This document shows positions 29,506-38,356 of a stretch of DNA of 64,000 nucleotides, one piece after another. The translations under genes and the position numbers were made by a program. This DNA comes from a virus, in the IMG/VR virus record IMGVR_UViG_3300042384_001374, positions 12,100 to 76,099 of that record; one strand, written 5' to 3'. Position 1 is the first letter of the stretch, and each line of letters opens with the position of its first letter. The notes beneath the pieces were generated by a model. The model worked only from the letters and a program-made list of their open reading frames with translations. It was not told the DNA's origin and made no database searches.

Positions 29506-30930
29506 ATGAGCAAAATAAAGAATCTCAGCGAAGACATCACCAAAGCGCCACCACATGCAATAGGACCTGAAAAATCCACTCTTTCATCTATGTTGCAAGA
29601 ACCCGGACGATTTATCCGGCAAGCGCTCAATGAAAATCTAGTTGTTGACGACTATTACATTCCAGCCCATCGCCATCTTTATCAATTTTTGCTCAAACTT
29701 CACGAACAAGGAGAGCAAATCGAATTGGTGTCACTGGTCCAGCGGCTACTTGACAACGGGCAGCTTGATCGAATTGGAGGCGCGTCGACACTTGCCGAGC
29801 TGCATAACTACGCTATCGGACACAGCCATTTCTCTCTTCATTTGTCTCAAGTGAAAGACAAAGCGGTGCTGCGGGAAATCATCCGAAAAGCAAACGCACA
29901 AATCCGTGCGGCTTACGAACAGCCCGATGAAGTCAAAGAGCTGGTCAACCAGCTTGCTTCGGACGCCGCTGAAATGGCGGTGAAGACCGAAAACCGGGCG
30001 TCCGATTTCAAAAAGTATCGCGAACAAATTGTCACTCCGGATTCGATGAAAGAACAAGTGGTCAGCTACCTCAACGGCGACCGGGTGCTTGGTGGAGACG
30101 GCTTTTTCCTTTCCCCGTTCGATCTCGCATTCCGCAAGCACGAGTGGACGGTGTGGTGCGGAACGAGCACCCACGGCAAATCGCAAGCCGTGCAGAATCA
30201 GCTCGCTTGGCTTGCATCGCTCGGCCGCAAGTCGATCATCGCTTCGCTGGAGCAGCCGCCCGAAATCACGCTTGGTCAAATCCTCAAGGCAATGACCGCC
30301 TACAAGGACATCGCAAGAAGCGAGGAATTCGAACCGGCGTGGGGCTACATAAACACCCAGATCCAGATGTATCGCGGGCAACGCAAGACCAGCCCGAAGC
30401 ATCTCATCGAAACCTTTCGTCAAGCCTATCTGAACAACGGCACGGACACCGGGGTGATTGACAACCTGATGTGCCTGCAAGTGGATAGAGGCGACAACTC
30501 GGCCTTGGCGAACGCCATCGACATGTTCCGGGTGTTTGTTTCGGAGTATCCATTTCACCTTCATCTTGTCGTCCACCCCCGCAAACCGGGAGGCAACGAA
30601 TCACCCAACCGCGCACCCACCCAAGCCGACATCCGTGGACCGGCAGAAATCGGCGATCAACCGAACAACGTCATCGTCATTTCCCGAGACTTGGACAAGA
30701 GCCGAAAGCTCGCCGAGATGGAAGCGGGGCATTTCTCCAAGCTCGAACGCGAAGCCTTCTGGCAAAGCACTCCCTGCGGCAAGATTGCGGTTGAAAAGCA
30801 GCGCATGACCGGCTCGATGCCCATCAAGCACACTTGGTTTGACCCGGTTTGCAACCAGTTCATGGATCACCCCGGCAAAGCCAGACCGATGTTCTTGATT
30901 CCACCGTGGGAGGTTGAGCCTTTGGCTTGA
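29506..30930 (+). CDS. replicative SF4 helicase with DnaB N-terminal domain
   Basis: PPHAIGPEKSTLSSML (DnaB N-term), Walker A GTSTHGKS, SLE, IDNL, LVVHPRK, DIRG, KQR. Confidence 0.88.
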   Translation: MSKIKNLSEDITKAPPHAIGPEKSTLSSMLQEPGRFIRQALNENLVVDDYYIPAHRHLYQFLLKLHEQGEQIELVSLVQRLLDNGQLDRIGGASTLAELHNYAIGHSHFSLHLSQVKDKAVLREIIRKANAQIRAAYEQPDEVKELVNQLASDAAEMAVKTENRASDFKKYREQIVTPDSMKEQVVSYLNGDRVLGGDGFFLSPFDLAFRKHEWTVWCGTSTHGKSQAVQNQLAWLASLGRKSIIASLEQPPEITLGQILKAMTAYKDIARSEEFEPAWGYINTQIQMYRGQRKTSPKHLIETFRQAYLNNGTDTGVIDNLMCLQVDRGDNSALANAIDMFRVFVSEYPFHLHLVVHPRKPGGNESPNRAPTQADIRGPAEIGDQPNNVIVISRDLDKSRKLAEMEAGHFSKLEREAFWQSTPCGKIAVEKQRMTGSMPIKHTWFDPVCNQFMDHPGKARPMFLIPPWEVEPLA

Positions 30931-31091
30931 GAGCTTAGTATGAACGATTCAGTCACTCTTTGTTCTTTCTGCAACAAACCAGCAACCACCTATCACATTC
31001 CGCCCAATGTAAACAGCAAAACCTTCGCTGCCATCCCACTTTGCGGCGGCGATCATCGCGGCGGCGTCCGAACCAAAAAGAAGTCTAAAAA

Positions 31092-31466
31092 ATGCGCGAC
31101 ATAGCCATGATGGAAATTCACCGGAGGACCAAAGGGGTGGGCCGCAGCAAGCCGGGCGACATCTCTGGTTGTTTCGACATTGCGATGGGCCACAACCGCT
31201 ACGCAGGCCCGAGAACAGCCGTGTGCAAGGTGATGGTGAAGCAAGGTTGGGAGTGCTTGACCATCGCAATCAAATACCGGGTCAGGAGCCGCCTCTACGA
31301 ACGGGCTCCCAATCCGTCTGAAGAAGCTCGCCTGTTGCCGCTGTTCTTCCACGAATGGGAGCTGCCCATCCGGGTGTTTGTGATGCCAATCGACATCGAC
31401 GCACCCGCAAGATATTTGCTTTCTGAACGCAGCAACCAACTTATGGATCATTTACCCCAATTTTAG
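31092..31466 (+). CDS. hypothetical protein
   Basis: ORF ending at a degenerate palindrome. Confidence 0.5.
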   Translation: MRDIAMMEIHRRTKGVGRSKPGDISGCFDIAMGHNRYAGPRTAVCKVMVKQGWECLTIAIKYRVRSRLYERAPNPSEEARLLPLFFHEWELPIRVFVMPIDIDAPARYLLSERSNQLMDHLPQF

Positions 31467-31485
31467 CCAAAACCAAAAACATTTC

Positions 31486-31755
31486 ATGTCATCCACCGAA
31501 CAAATCCTTGCCGAGCGTCCAGCGACTCACGGCCGCTTTGAGGACAACTCGCGCATCACCTGCGACATCATGCAGGTGCTTCAACAATCTCCAAACTGGA
31601 AATTGACTTCTCCAACCATCAAAGTTGGAACCATCATGATCGTCCACAAATTAGCCCGCGCTTTCTCCGGTGATTTGAACTATTCCGATCATTGGCTTGA
31701 CGTGGCAGGTTATGCCAGTCTGATTTTCGACACCAACCAACAACCAACCAACTGA
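31486..31755 (+). CDS. DUF6378-like protein
   Basis: IL.ER..THG.F...KLAR..SGD....DHWLDVAGYA. Confidence 0.8.
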   Translation: MSSTEQILAERPATHGRFEDNSRITCDIMQVLQQSPNWKLTSPTIKVGTIMIVHKLARAFSGDLNYSDHWLDVAGYASLIFDTNQQPTN

Positions 31756-31759
31756 CATC

Positions 31760-32278
31760 ATGCTCTCACGAATCCACGTTCTCACTGAAAAGCTCACTGC
31801 CGCCACCGCTCCGATTTTCATGGAGCACAAAACCTACGATGACATTCTTGCCGCCATGTGTTTGTTGATGGCGCGTATTGTGCAGTCAACTCCGGAAAAA
31901 GGTCAGGAACTTCAAGTTTTAGACAACGCTCAAAACCAAATTTCCCATGCTCTCACGCAATTCCTCAAGCTTGAAGAACAAATTATCAACGCCCGTGCGG
32001 CCGAAAGGGACCGGGCTCGGAAACTCGTTGAAGACGGCATTGCTGGTTTTGGAGATCTTACCGTCGTCAACGGAAATGAGTTTGGACCCGCTTTTGTCGG
32101 AAAGCCAGTTGCCATTGAAGCAGAAACCATTTTGCAAATTGACGACAGGCTCCCAGAAGATGATGAATTTCCCGATTCATTCGAAGCGACCAGTTCCAAA
32201 GATCAAAACGACATGGCCAGCGACATTGAAGACGGCTACAACCCGGACGGCCCGAGAAGTTACGCACAAGGCATTTAA
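31760..32278 (+). CDS. hypothetical protein with acidic tail
   Basis: ORF. Confidence 0.65.
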   Translation: MLSRIHVLTEKLTAATAPIFMEHKTYDDILAAMCLLMARIVQSTPEKGQELQVLDNAQNQISHALTQFLKLEEQIINARAAERDRARKLVEDGIAGFGDLTVVNGNEFGPAFVGKPVAIEAETILQIDDRLPEDDEFPDSFEATSSKDQNDMASDIEDGYNPDGPRSYAQGI

Positions 32279-32651
32279 AAAAGCCCGCAAGCAGTCCGCT
32301 GGCGCTCAGCGTCGCAAAGCCCTAGAAGCCTCTTACAAAGCTGCCTGTGAGGAAATACATCCTGAAGCCGTTTGTGCCGTCTGCGGCGTCCGTAGCGAAA
32401 GCGCAGGCATGGAGCGCCATCACGTCGCGGGCCGCCGTAAAGCCAGCATGTGCTTCTTCGTTCTGCTCCACACCCCGTGTCATCACGAAAGGGTCCACGC
32501 CAATCCCAAATGGGCCGAAGCAAACGGTTTGCTCTGGAGTGGTCGCAACTCTAAAACCCTTACTCTTGCCGACGCAAACCGACTTCTGGCTTTAATGCCG
32601 CACCCGCCAAGCGATTGCATTCCTCGCTGGATCAAGCACACGCCTCAATAA
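32160..32651 (+). CDS. HNH-like nuclease
   Basis: CAVCG...ERHHVAGR...PCHHERVHANPKWA; start uncertain. Confidence 0.65.
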   Translation: MMNFPIHSKRPVPKIKTTWPATLKTATTRTAREVTHKAFKKARKQSAGAQRRKALEASYKAACEEIHPEAVCAVCGVRSESAGMERHHVAGRRKASMCFFVLLHTPCHHERVHANPKWAEANGLLWSGRNSKTLTLADANRLLALMPHPPSDCIPRWIKHTPQ

Positions 32652-32655
32652 ATTT

Positions 32656-33051
32656 ATGACCAACACACCTACACTCGACCAACTCGAAGCCCTTGTCCTA
32701 GAATGGGGAAAAGCCAAAGGCATTCTCGAACACGCTACGCCAGAATCCCAGTTTCGCAAAACTCTGGAAGAGGTTCAAGAAATTGCAGACGGACTTGAAT
32801 TTGGAATTGATGAAGAAATTCTGGATGGTATCGGAGACACGGGGGTAACTCTAATCTTGCTTGCCGCCCTTAAAGGCTGGACGTTCCGTCAGTGTCTTGC
32901 GCACGCCTACGGCATTATTTCCAAACGCACCGGACGAATGGTTGATGGAATGTTCGTGAAAGATGTTCCGTCAAGCGATGATGACCTTGGTGAACTAGAC
33001 GCGTCCAAAGCTTGTCGTGTGGGTGATGAACCCTGCGAAAGCTGCCAATAA
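32656..33051 (+). CDS. MazG-like NTP pyrophosphohydrolase
   Basis: WG..KGI...Q..KTLEEV.E...DGIGD..VTL...CL..AY..I..RTG.M.DG.FVKD. Confidence 0.85.
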   Translation: MTNTPTLDQLEALVLEWGKAKGILEHATPESQFRKTLEEVQEIADGLEFGIDEEILDGIGDTGVTLILLAALKGWTFRQCLAHAYGIISKRTGRMVDGMFVKDVPSSDDDLGELDASKACRVGDEPCESCQ

Positions 33052-33283
33052 TTTTAGCCACGGCTAAACAAATCCCGTCCGTAAACAATCGGACAAATGA
33101 CCGAAGCGTGATTGCAAGCGCGTGACGGCAAGAAGCCTATATGGTAAGTGGCTCCCCATCTGCTCGGCGTGGTAACAACTGACCGGGCGCATTCTCCAGC
33201 CAACCCAACTCATAAGCGAACATTACATCGGCCGCGCCGCCGAAGCTGCCGCCCGAGCCCGTCACAACCGAATCCACAAACCA

Positions 33284-33904
33284 ATGAAAAAGACCGCCAA
33301 GAAAAAGACCGCCGCCAAGAAAGTTCCAAGCAAGCAGGCCCGCGCCTTCTCGCAAGCCTTGGAGACATTCAAGAAGCCTGAGTCCCCAATCGAACTTCAG
33401 CACGCGGAACACCTGCTTGTTCGTAAAATTGGTCAGGTGATAAAAGAACCGGCTGACAGCTTTGTGGATTTGCCTAATTCCGATCCAGTTCCAGAGCATG
33501 CCGAAAATTGGGAATCCGTGCCCAACTACGGCCCTTCCACCGAAGTGGACGAAGAAGCGATGGCTCGCGAGGTGTTGTTTGGCGAGATGCCAGTTTCTGA
33601 TGCTCATGCAGCAGCCGTAGAAGCGTCGCCGCCTAACCTTGGCCACATAGTGCCACAAACCACACCCGACGCGCCACAAACGCCCCTACACGACGAAAAG
33701 CTCGGACAAAACCTTAAACCATCCGAAACCACCGACGATCAACTCGACCCAGAGCAACTCGCCAACAACATTGAGCTGCTGATCGACTCGCTCAACTTCA
33801 TCCACGACCGGGGATGGCTGCGCAAAATGCAGGAAAAAGACATCCAAATCGTCAAAGCCCGCATTAAGTGCGGACGCAAAATTATCAGTCAACTCCGCAA
33901 CTAA
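33284..33904 (+). CDS. hypothetical protein
   Basis: Lys-rich start, low-complexity body. Confidence 0.6.
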   Translation: MKKTAKKKTAAKKVPSKQARAFSQALETFKKPESPIELQHAEHLLVRKIGQVIKEPADSFVDLPNSDPVPEHAENWESVPNYGPSTEVDEEAMAREVLFGEMPVSDAHAAAVEASPPNLGHIVPQTTPDAPQTPLHDEKLGQNLKPSETTDDQLDPEQLANNIELLIDSLNFIHDRGWLRKMQEKDIQIVKARIKCGRKIISQLRN

Positions 33905-33921
33905 TTTTAGCCACGACTAAA

Positions 33922-34134
33922 ATGGAAGAGATCAACCTTGCCGCGCCTAACCAGCAAAAAAAAAGCGGCTTTATTCTGCGTCCAACCCCGGACCCGGAAC
34001 CTCCCGTCGTCGTTCCGTGCTGCCAATACGTTCTTACCGATACCCAAGAATACTCAGTATTCTGGAATCCTTTCAACAAAGTAGTGCAATGTCACAACTG
34101 TGGACACATCTGGACCCCGGAATCCATCAAGTGA
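33922..34134 (+). CDS. small Zn-ribbon protein
   Basis: CC...WNPFNKVVQCHNCG. Confidence 0.6.
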   Translation: MEEINLAAPNQQKKSGFILRPTPDPEPPVVVPCCQYVLTDTQEYSVFWNPFNKVVQCHNCGHIWTPESIK

Positions 34135-34445
34135 GCAAAAAACCCAAAACCAAAAAAATCGGAGTCAAGGAACTGCTTGCGCTTTTAGGTGCTGATCCAA
34201 ACGAAGCTATCCCAACCGGACTGCGCGAAGCGGAATGGGCCACGCAATTAGAAGGCTGTGAACATGAGCCCGTCGGGCTTGGGAAATGCTCAACAACCAG
34301 CAAGGTAATGTTCTTGTCATTCTCTCAAGCCAAAGCCGCCAGCAAGCGCCGTCTCAAGCGCGGATCAAATGCCAACGCTTTCCGGATTTATCTGTGCCCG
34401 GATTGTTCGCACTTTCACATGACCAGCCAAGTCAAACGCTCATGA
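34131..34445 (+). CDS. hypothetical protein
   Basis: K..F.....A...RIYLCPDCSHFHMTS. Confidence 0.6.
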   Translation: MSKKPKTKKIGVKELLALLGADPNEAIPTGLREAEWATQLEGCEHEPVGLGKCSTTSKVMFLSFSQAKAASKRRLKRGSNANAFRIYLCPDCSHFHMTSQVKRS

Positions 34446-34614
34446 CTGAAACCCTACCACATAAAAAAGACGACCAAGACTTCATCGACAAACACGGCCG
34501 CAACCACACTTGCGAATGCGGTTTGACCAACATTTGGAGCCCACGTTTCGACATGTGGATGTGTTCCGGTAACCTCGCCAAATACAAAGCACTCTACAAA
34601 AATTCCCTTGAAGT

Positions 34615-34836
34615 ATGAATTCCATCTGCCACTACAAAGAAAACGAACAAGGATATTGGAATTCCGATTGCGGCAAAACATTTGACTCGATCACTTGGCA
34701 CGATTATGCCCGCGATTTTATTTGGTGTCCCTATTGCGGATCTGAAATGAATTCTGAAATGCACATGTCAAAACAAGACCTTAAAGAAGATCGCGGCGAC
34801 CGGGCGCATCAAGAAAGGAAAGATGACGAAGAGTGA
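34615..34836 (+). CDS. small Zn-finger protein
   Basis: WNSDCG...WCPYCG. Confidence 0.65.
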   Translation: MNSICHYKENEQGYWNSDCGKTFDSITWHDYARDFIWCPYCGSEMNSEMHMSKQDLKEDRGDRAHQERKDDEE

Positions 34837-35042
34837 GCGCAAAAAAGAAAACAGCCCAGCACGTTTATGCGCTAAAAGTCAGCGAGATCCTAAAAAAGCT
34901 GGGAATCCCTGAGGCCAAACAAGACAAATTCGGAAATCCTTATATCAACCCGGAATATTTGACGCGCCTTCCAGTTACGGTAAAATCTGATTACCAGTCA
35001 AAAGATTGCCACCGGGTAATTTTCAAGCTTTATAAGCAATAG
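34833..35042 (+). CDS. hypothetical protein
   Basis: GTGA-coupled ORF. Confidence 0.55.
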   Translation: MSAKKKTAQHVYALKVSEILKKLGIPEAKQDKFGNPYINPEYLTRLPVTVKSDYQSKDCHRVIFKLYKQ

Positions 35043-35169
35043 AAACAACCAAAAAACCCAAAATCATGACTACCATTGACATTGTAATTTTAATTTGGTC
35101 CGCCGTCATCGGCGTAATTTTCATTTTTTGGCATGTTTTTATCAGCGGGAGAAGGGGACGATAACTTTT

Positions 35170-35577
35170 ATGGAAAATACAATACAAAGCGAAGTAACGT
35201 TGCCATGCACGCCTAGTGATGCATTTAAAATGGTGGAATTCATTCGCCGATACAATAGGTGGAGGCGCGGCGACGAATCGCTTGAGATGGAATCACCGAA
35301 AGCCATTGGAGATGCCCTTGATGCTGTTTGCAGCTTTATAGAAACTCTAGAACGCGAGCAAGACGAATGGGTCGCCAAAGCGGTAGAGCTATGCGCCGAG
35401 CGGGAATCCAATGCCATGCAGGCGTTGGCGTATAAAGCCGAGCGGGACGAGGCGCGTGCAATGGCGCGTGACATGCGGAACCAGCTCGAAAAGGCATCAA
35501 CGGCCCGACTGCTCTTTCCTTCCGAGAACGCTGGGGGCCATGCGCCCGGAGTAAAAGATCAAGCCAATGAAAAGTAA
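35170..35577 (+). CDS. hypothetical protein reading into the first attC-like site
   Basis: YNRWRRGD...PKAIGDALD plus coiled coil (ERDEAR). Confidence 0.7.
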   Translation: MENTIQSEVTLPCTPSDAFKMVEFIRRYNRWRRGDESLEMESPKAIGDALDAVCSFIETLEREQDEWVAKAVELCAERESNAMQALAYKAERDEARAMARDMRNQLEKASTARLLFPSENAGGHAPGVKDQANEK

Positions 35578-35618
35578 CAGAAAAGCTTCTCCGGGTCGTA
35601 TGCGCTCCCTTGTTCGTC
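35523..35618 (-). repeat. attC-like site 1
   Basis: CGAGAAC..catgcg cccggag/ctccggg T cgtatg C gctccctt GTTCGTC. Confidence 0.8.
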
Positions 35619-35902
35619 CGTGGCAGGAACTCGCGACCCATGCTGACAAAACAATCACGCCGACCGTGGGTGAGACGCTGGAATACCTCTGGGATGGCTA
35701 CCGTGGAGAGGGGCAATGGAGGTCATGCACGATCACACGGATTGATGAGGGGCAATCATGGACGCGACTCCATGCCCGAATGTATTGGGGTTTCGATCAC
35801 GCGGATCGCCACCCACGCGAACAAATACTGCACCCACGGGCATTCCGTCGGACGAACGCTAGGGCTATGACGCCAGCAACTGAATCAGACCATGGAAAGT
35901 AA
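35567..35902 (+). CDS. cassette 1 hypothetical protein
   Basis: Starts in site 1, stops in site 2. Confidence 0.65.
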   Translation: MKSNRKASPGRMRSLVRPWQELATHADKTITPTVGETLEYLWDGYRGEGQWRSCTITRIDEGQSWTRLHARMYWGFDHADRHPREQILHPRAFRRTNARAMTPATESDHGK

Positions 35903-35944
35903 CAGAAAAGCTATTGAGGGTCGGGCATCAGCCCCTTGTTCTCG
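35851..35944 (-). repeat. attC-like site 2
   Basis: GACGAAC...T cgggcat C agcccctt GTTCTCG. Confidence 0.7.
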
Positions 35945-36251
35945 GTCTTTTGATGACCTACTGGAGAGCTTGGACGCATGGATCGAGGACGCGCTAAAAG
36001 GCTCGAAGCCTATCGGACTAACGCTATCCCGCGCCCGCACCACCATCACCGATCAAAGGGATAGGATCGGGGAAATCTTCGATGCGTTGGAATGCCAGAA
36101 TAAGGAAGTGGAAAAGCTCCGCGCCGCCATCCGAAACCTCCGCGATGTAAAGGGACGCCATCATACGCAAATCGCCACGGAACAACTCTTCGCCCTTCTT
36201 CCCGAGAACGATGAGCCCATGCGCGGCGAAAATGGAACGAATATGAAATGA
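35892..36251 (+). CDS. cassette 2 hypothetical coiled-coil protein
   Basis: Starts in site 2, stops in site 3. Confidence 0.65.
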   Translation: MESNRKAIEGRASAPCSRSFDDLLESLDAWIEDALKGSKPIGLTLSRARTTITDQRDRIGEIFDALECQNKEVEKLRAAIRNLRDVKGRHHTQIATEQLFALLPENDEPMRGENGTNMK

Positions 36252-36294
36252 AATTGAGGAGCTTCTGGCCGTCGAATGCGGCGGCTTGTTCTCT
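36203..36294 (-). repeat. attC-like site 3
   Basis: CGAGAAC...gccg T cgaatg C ggcggctt GTTCTCT. Confidence 0.75.
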
Positions 36295-36328
36295 GAATCA
36301 GCCCGAATAACACGAACGACGACGATCA

Positions 36329-36538
36329 ATGAAAGACGAAGATATAGCCGATGCCGAAGCGCAAGGATTTGCTTCCCTCAAGTGGGACGCCGCCGAAAAT
36401 CGAGATATCAAAACCGCCCTTGAAATGCAAAAGGCGGAAACGGAATCACTTTGCCGTCTGGCGAAGATGATTGAACAACCCGACCCGGAAGATCCAACGA
36501 AAGCCGCCGACTGGTGGAAACCTGAAACCGACCAATGA
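36329..36538 (+). CDS. cassette 3 gene a, hypothetical
   Basis: ORF, ATGA-coupled to next. Confidence 0.6.
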   Translation: MKDEDIADAEAQGFASLKWDAAENRDIKTALEMQKAETESLCRLAKMIEQPDPEDPTKAADWWKPETDQ

Positions 36539-36948
36539 AAAACAACCGCACGCAAAAAGAAGTGATCCAAGAACGCCAACGAAATGCCGGGTCCAATATC
36601 GCGGCGTATCTGCCAAAACCTCCTGGATCGTATGGAAACCCTTACGAACGGCAACAGACCGCAAACAAGCCGCAGCATCTACGTCCTGATTCGGAAGGCT
36701 GGTGGTGGAGGCTTTGTAAGGGCGAGTGGGAATGCGGCAAGGCTGAATACATCCAGTGGGAAGACGCTGGAGAACCCGAACAAGAGCGAGTATTAGCGTG
36801 GTCCCGTGGAGGATGTTACACGCGATGCGACCAAATCAACCTTCGCTTGGACTCTGGGACACGCTGGTTCAAAGCAACTCCGCCCATCTTGGATTCAGAG
36901 AACACAACCAGCCCATCTACGGGCGCAACTGAAAAAGATCATGAGTGA
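36535..36948 (+). CDS. cassette 3 gene b, hypothetical
   Basis: PDSEGWWWR motif; stops in site 4. Confidence 0.6.
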   Translation: MKNNRTQKEVIQERQRNAGSNIAAYLPKPPGSYGNPYERQQTANKPQHLRPDSEGWWWRLCKGEWECGKAEYIQWEDAGEPEQERVLAWSRGGCYTRCDQINLRLDSGTRWFKATPPILDSENTTSPSTGATEKDHE

Positions 36949-36993
36949 GAAAATGGAAAGCGATAGCCCGTTAGATGCGGCGACTTGTTCGGC
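36897..36993 (-). repeat. attC-like site 4
   Basis: AGAGAAC..catcta cgggc/gcccg T tagatg C ggcgactt GTTCGGC. Confidence 0.8.
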
Positions 36994-37306
36994 TCTTCTT
37001 GATGCCTCGCTCGACCTGCTCGCCGGATGGTGCGATGCCGTGAAAAACGGCGGCACTGGGTGGGATGATTGGGACGGATGGTATAAAGACGCCTGCTATC
37101 GCCCCGGCCCGCTGCGCGAACTGATCGATGCTCGCATAGCGAAGATCGCCGCCGATGAATCTGAATGTCCGAGATGCCATGCAACGCGCACATATTACGA
37201 CGGGTGGAACTGTCCGACTGAAGGATGTGATTCTTTGCCGAACGCATCAGCGATGGCACCGCCGCCCCAGCGGCTGCCATCCACGAAGGACGTTCCCGGC
37301 GGTTGA
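36941..37306 (+). CDS. cassette 4 hypothetical protein with Zn finger
   Basis: GTGWDDWD.WYKDA; CPRC..C....C. Confidence 0.65.
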   Translation: MSEKMESDSPLDAATCSALLDASLDLLAGWCDAVKNGGTGWDDWDGWYKDACYRPGPLRELIDARIAKIAADESECPRCHATRTYYDGWNCPTEGCDSLPNASAMAPPPQRLPSTKDVPGG

Positions 37307-37326
37307 CCATCCGCGTCTTGTTCTGG
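37237..37326 (-). repeat. attC-like site 5
   Basis: GCCGAAC..gatgg ca ccgccg/cggcgg T tg A ccatc..ctt GTTCTGG. Confidence 0.8.
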
Positions 37327-37349
37327 GTCTTTTTGGGGGCGCGAAAAAA

Positions 37350-37401
37350 TATGAGAATCTCATAAAATAAATGTTGACCTTGTGCGAGAATCTCGTAATG
37401 T
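37350..37401 (+). promoter_or_regulatory. sigma70-like promoter with two inverted-repeat operators
   Basis: TTGACC(37374)-16 bp-TAATGT(37396); TATGAGAATCTCATA at 37350 and CGAGAATCTCG at 37385. Confidence 0.7.
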
Positions 37402-37447
37402 CTCCCCAGTTGCACGACGCAACGCCAACACCAAACCAAACACGAAA

Positions 37448-37720
37448 ATGAAAATCACCATCAGCCACGACCAAGACAGCATCGACCCATCCGCCACCTA
37501 CTCCGACGAGCAATTCGTGGAAGTCCGCAAGGCTCTCGAAGCCGAATACGAAAAGGCCATCCTCGCCGAATACCCCGAAGCCGAAATCGACTTCAGCGGC
37601 ACTGACACCACCTACGCGATCCGCGTAACCGGAACCGAAATGGATGACCCGAGCGAGATTGAGGAGAACGTGCAAAGCATCTGCGAAAGCGTCTTCGAAA
37701 CCGGAAACTTCTGGATCTAA
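37448..37720 (+). CDS. cassette 5 small highly acidic protein (anti-defence candidate)
   Basis: 90 aa, very D/E-rich, followed by an HTH gene. Confidence 0.7.
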   Translation: MKITISHDQDSIDPSATYSDEQFVEVRKALEAEYEKAILAEYPEAEIDFSGTDTTYAIRVTGTEMDDPSEIEENVQSICESVFETGNFWI

Positions 37721-37905
37721 TGTTCGCCGATCAACTCAAAGATGAGCGCAAACGCCTCGGCCTGACACAGGCCGGGGCGGATGCCGTCCTCGATACCTGT
37801 CGGGGACAGGTAGCCGCATGGGAAAGCGGACGCAACACGCCGCACGTCCTCACTCAGGAGGGAGCCTTGGCACGCCTCCGCAACCGGAAGACTCCGCGCA
37901 AATGA
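37720..37905 (+). CDS. XRE/Cro-type HTH regulator (Aca-like)
   Basis: LKDERKRLGLTQ..A...L......VAAWESGRNTP. Confidence 0.85.
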   Translation: MFADQLKDERKRLGLTQAGADAVLDTCRGQVAAWESGRNTPHVLTQEGALARLRNRKTPRK

Positions 37906-37912
37906 TTCTTCC

Positions 37913-38035
37913 CCAGAACGCAATAGGTGAGGCACGGGCGGACAACGCCAGCCCGCCACAAGATCAAAATCTCTAATCACATGGAAACTCCGAATCAAAC
38001 CGACCCGCCCGTTGACCTCGACCGCCTTGTTCGTC
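37913..38035 (-). repeat. attC-like site 6
   Basis: CCAGAAC..gagg ca cgggcgg/ccgcccg T tg A cctc G accgcctt GTTCGTC. Confidence 0.8.
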
Positions 38036-38280
38036 CTTCTTGGTTCAAGGGGGACGCGGCTTGCGACTGGCATGAAGATGCTGGCCACGAGAACGGCAGC
38101 TACTACTGCAAGTGCCTCGACTGCGATGCTGACTTCGTGGGGCATAAACGCCGCCACATCTGCCGCAAATGCCACTACGAAGCCAAGGCCAGATATGACG
38201 CTCTGACCCCCGAAAAACGGGCGGCATTTGATGAAAAACGAAACGCCGAAATCAGGGCATTCTTTGAGACGAACGCCTAG
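37981..38280 (+). CDS. cassette 6 Zn-finger protein
   Basis: DW.ED..HENG.Y.CKCLDC...F.GHKRR..CRKC. Confidence 0.7.
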   Translation: METPNQTDPPVDLDRLVRPSWFKGDAACDWHEDAGHENGSYYCKCLDCDADFVGHKRRHICRKCHYEAKARYDALTPEKRAAFDEKRNAEIRAFFETNA

Positions 38281-38356
38281 CTCATGCACCCGCCCATGAA
38301 AGACTCCGAATCAAACAAAGACGCTCCGGCGGGTTGCATGAAGCGACTTGTTCGTC
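38268..38356 (-). repeat. attC-like site 7
   Basis: GACGAAC..gct catgca cccgcc/ggcggg T tgcatg A agcgactt GTTCGTC. Confidence 0.8.
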
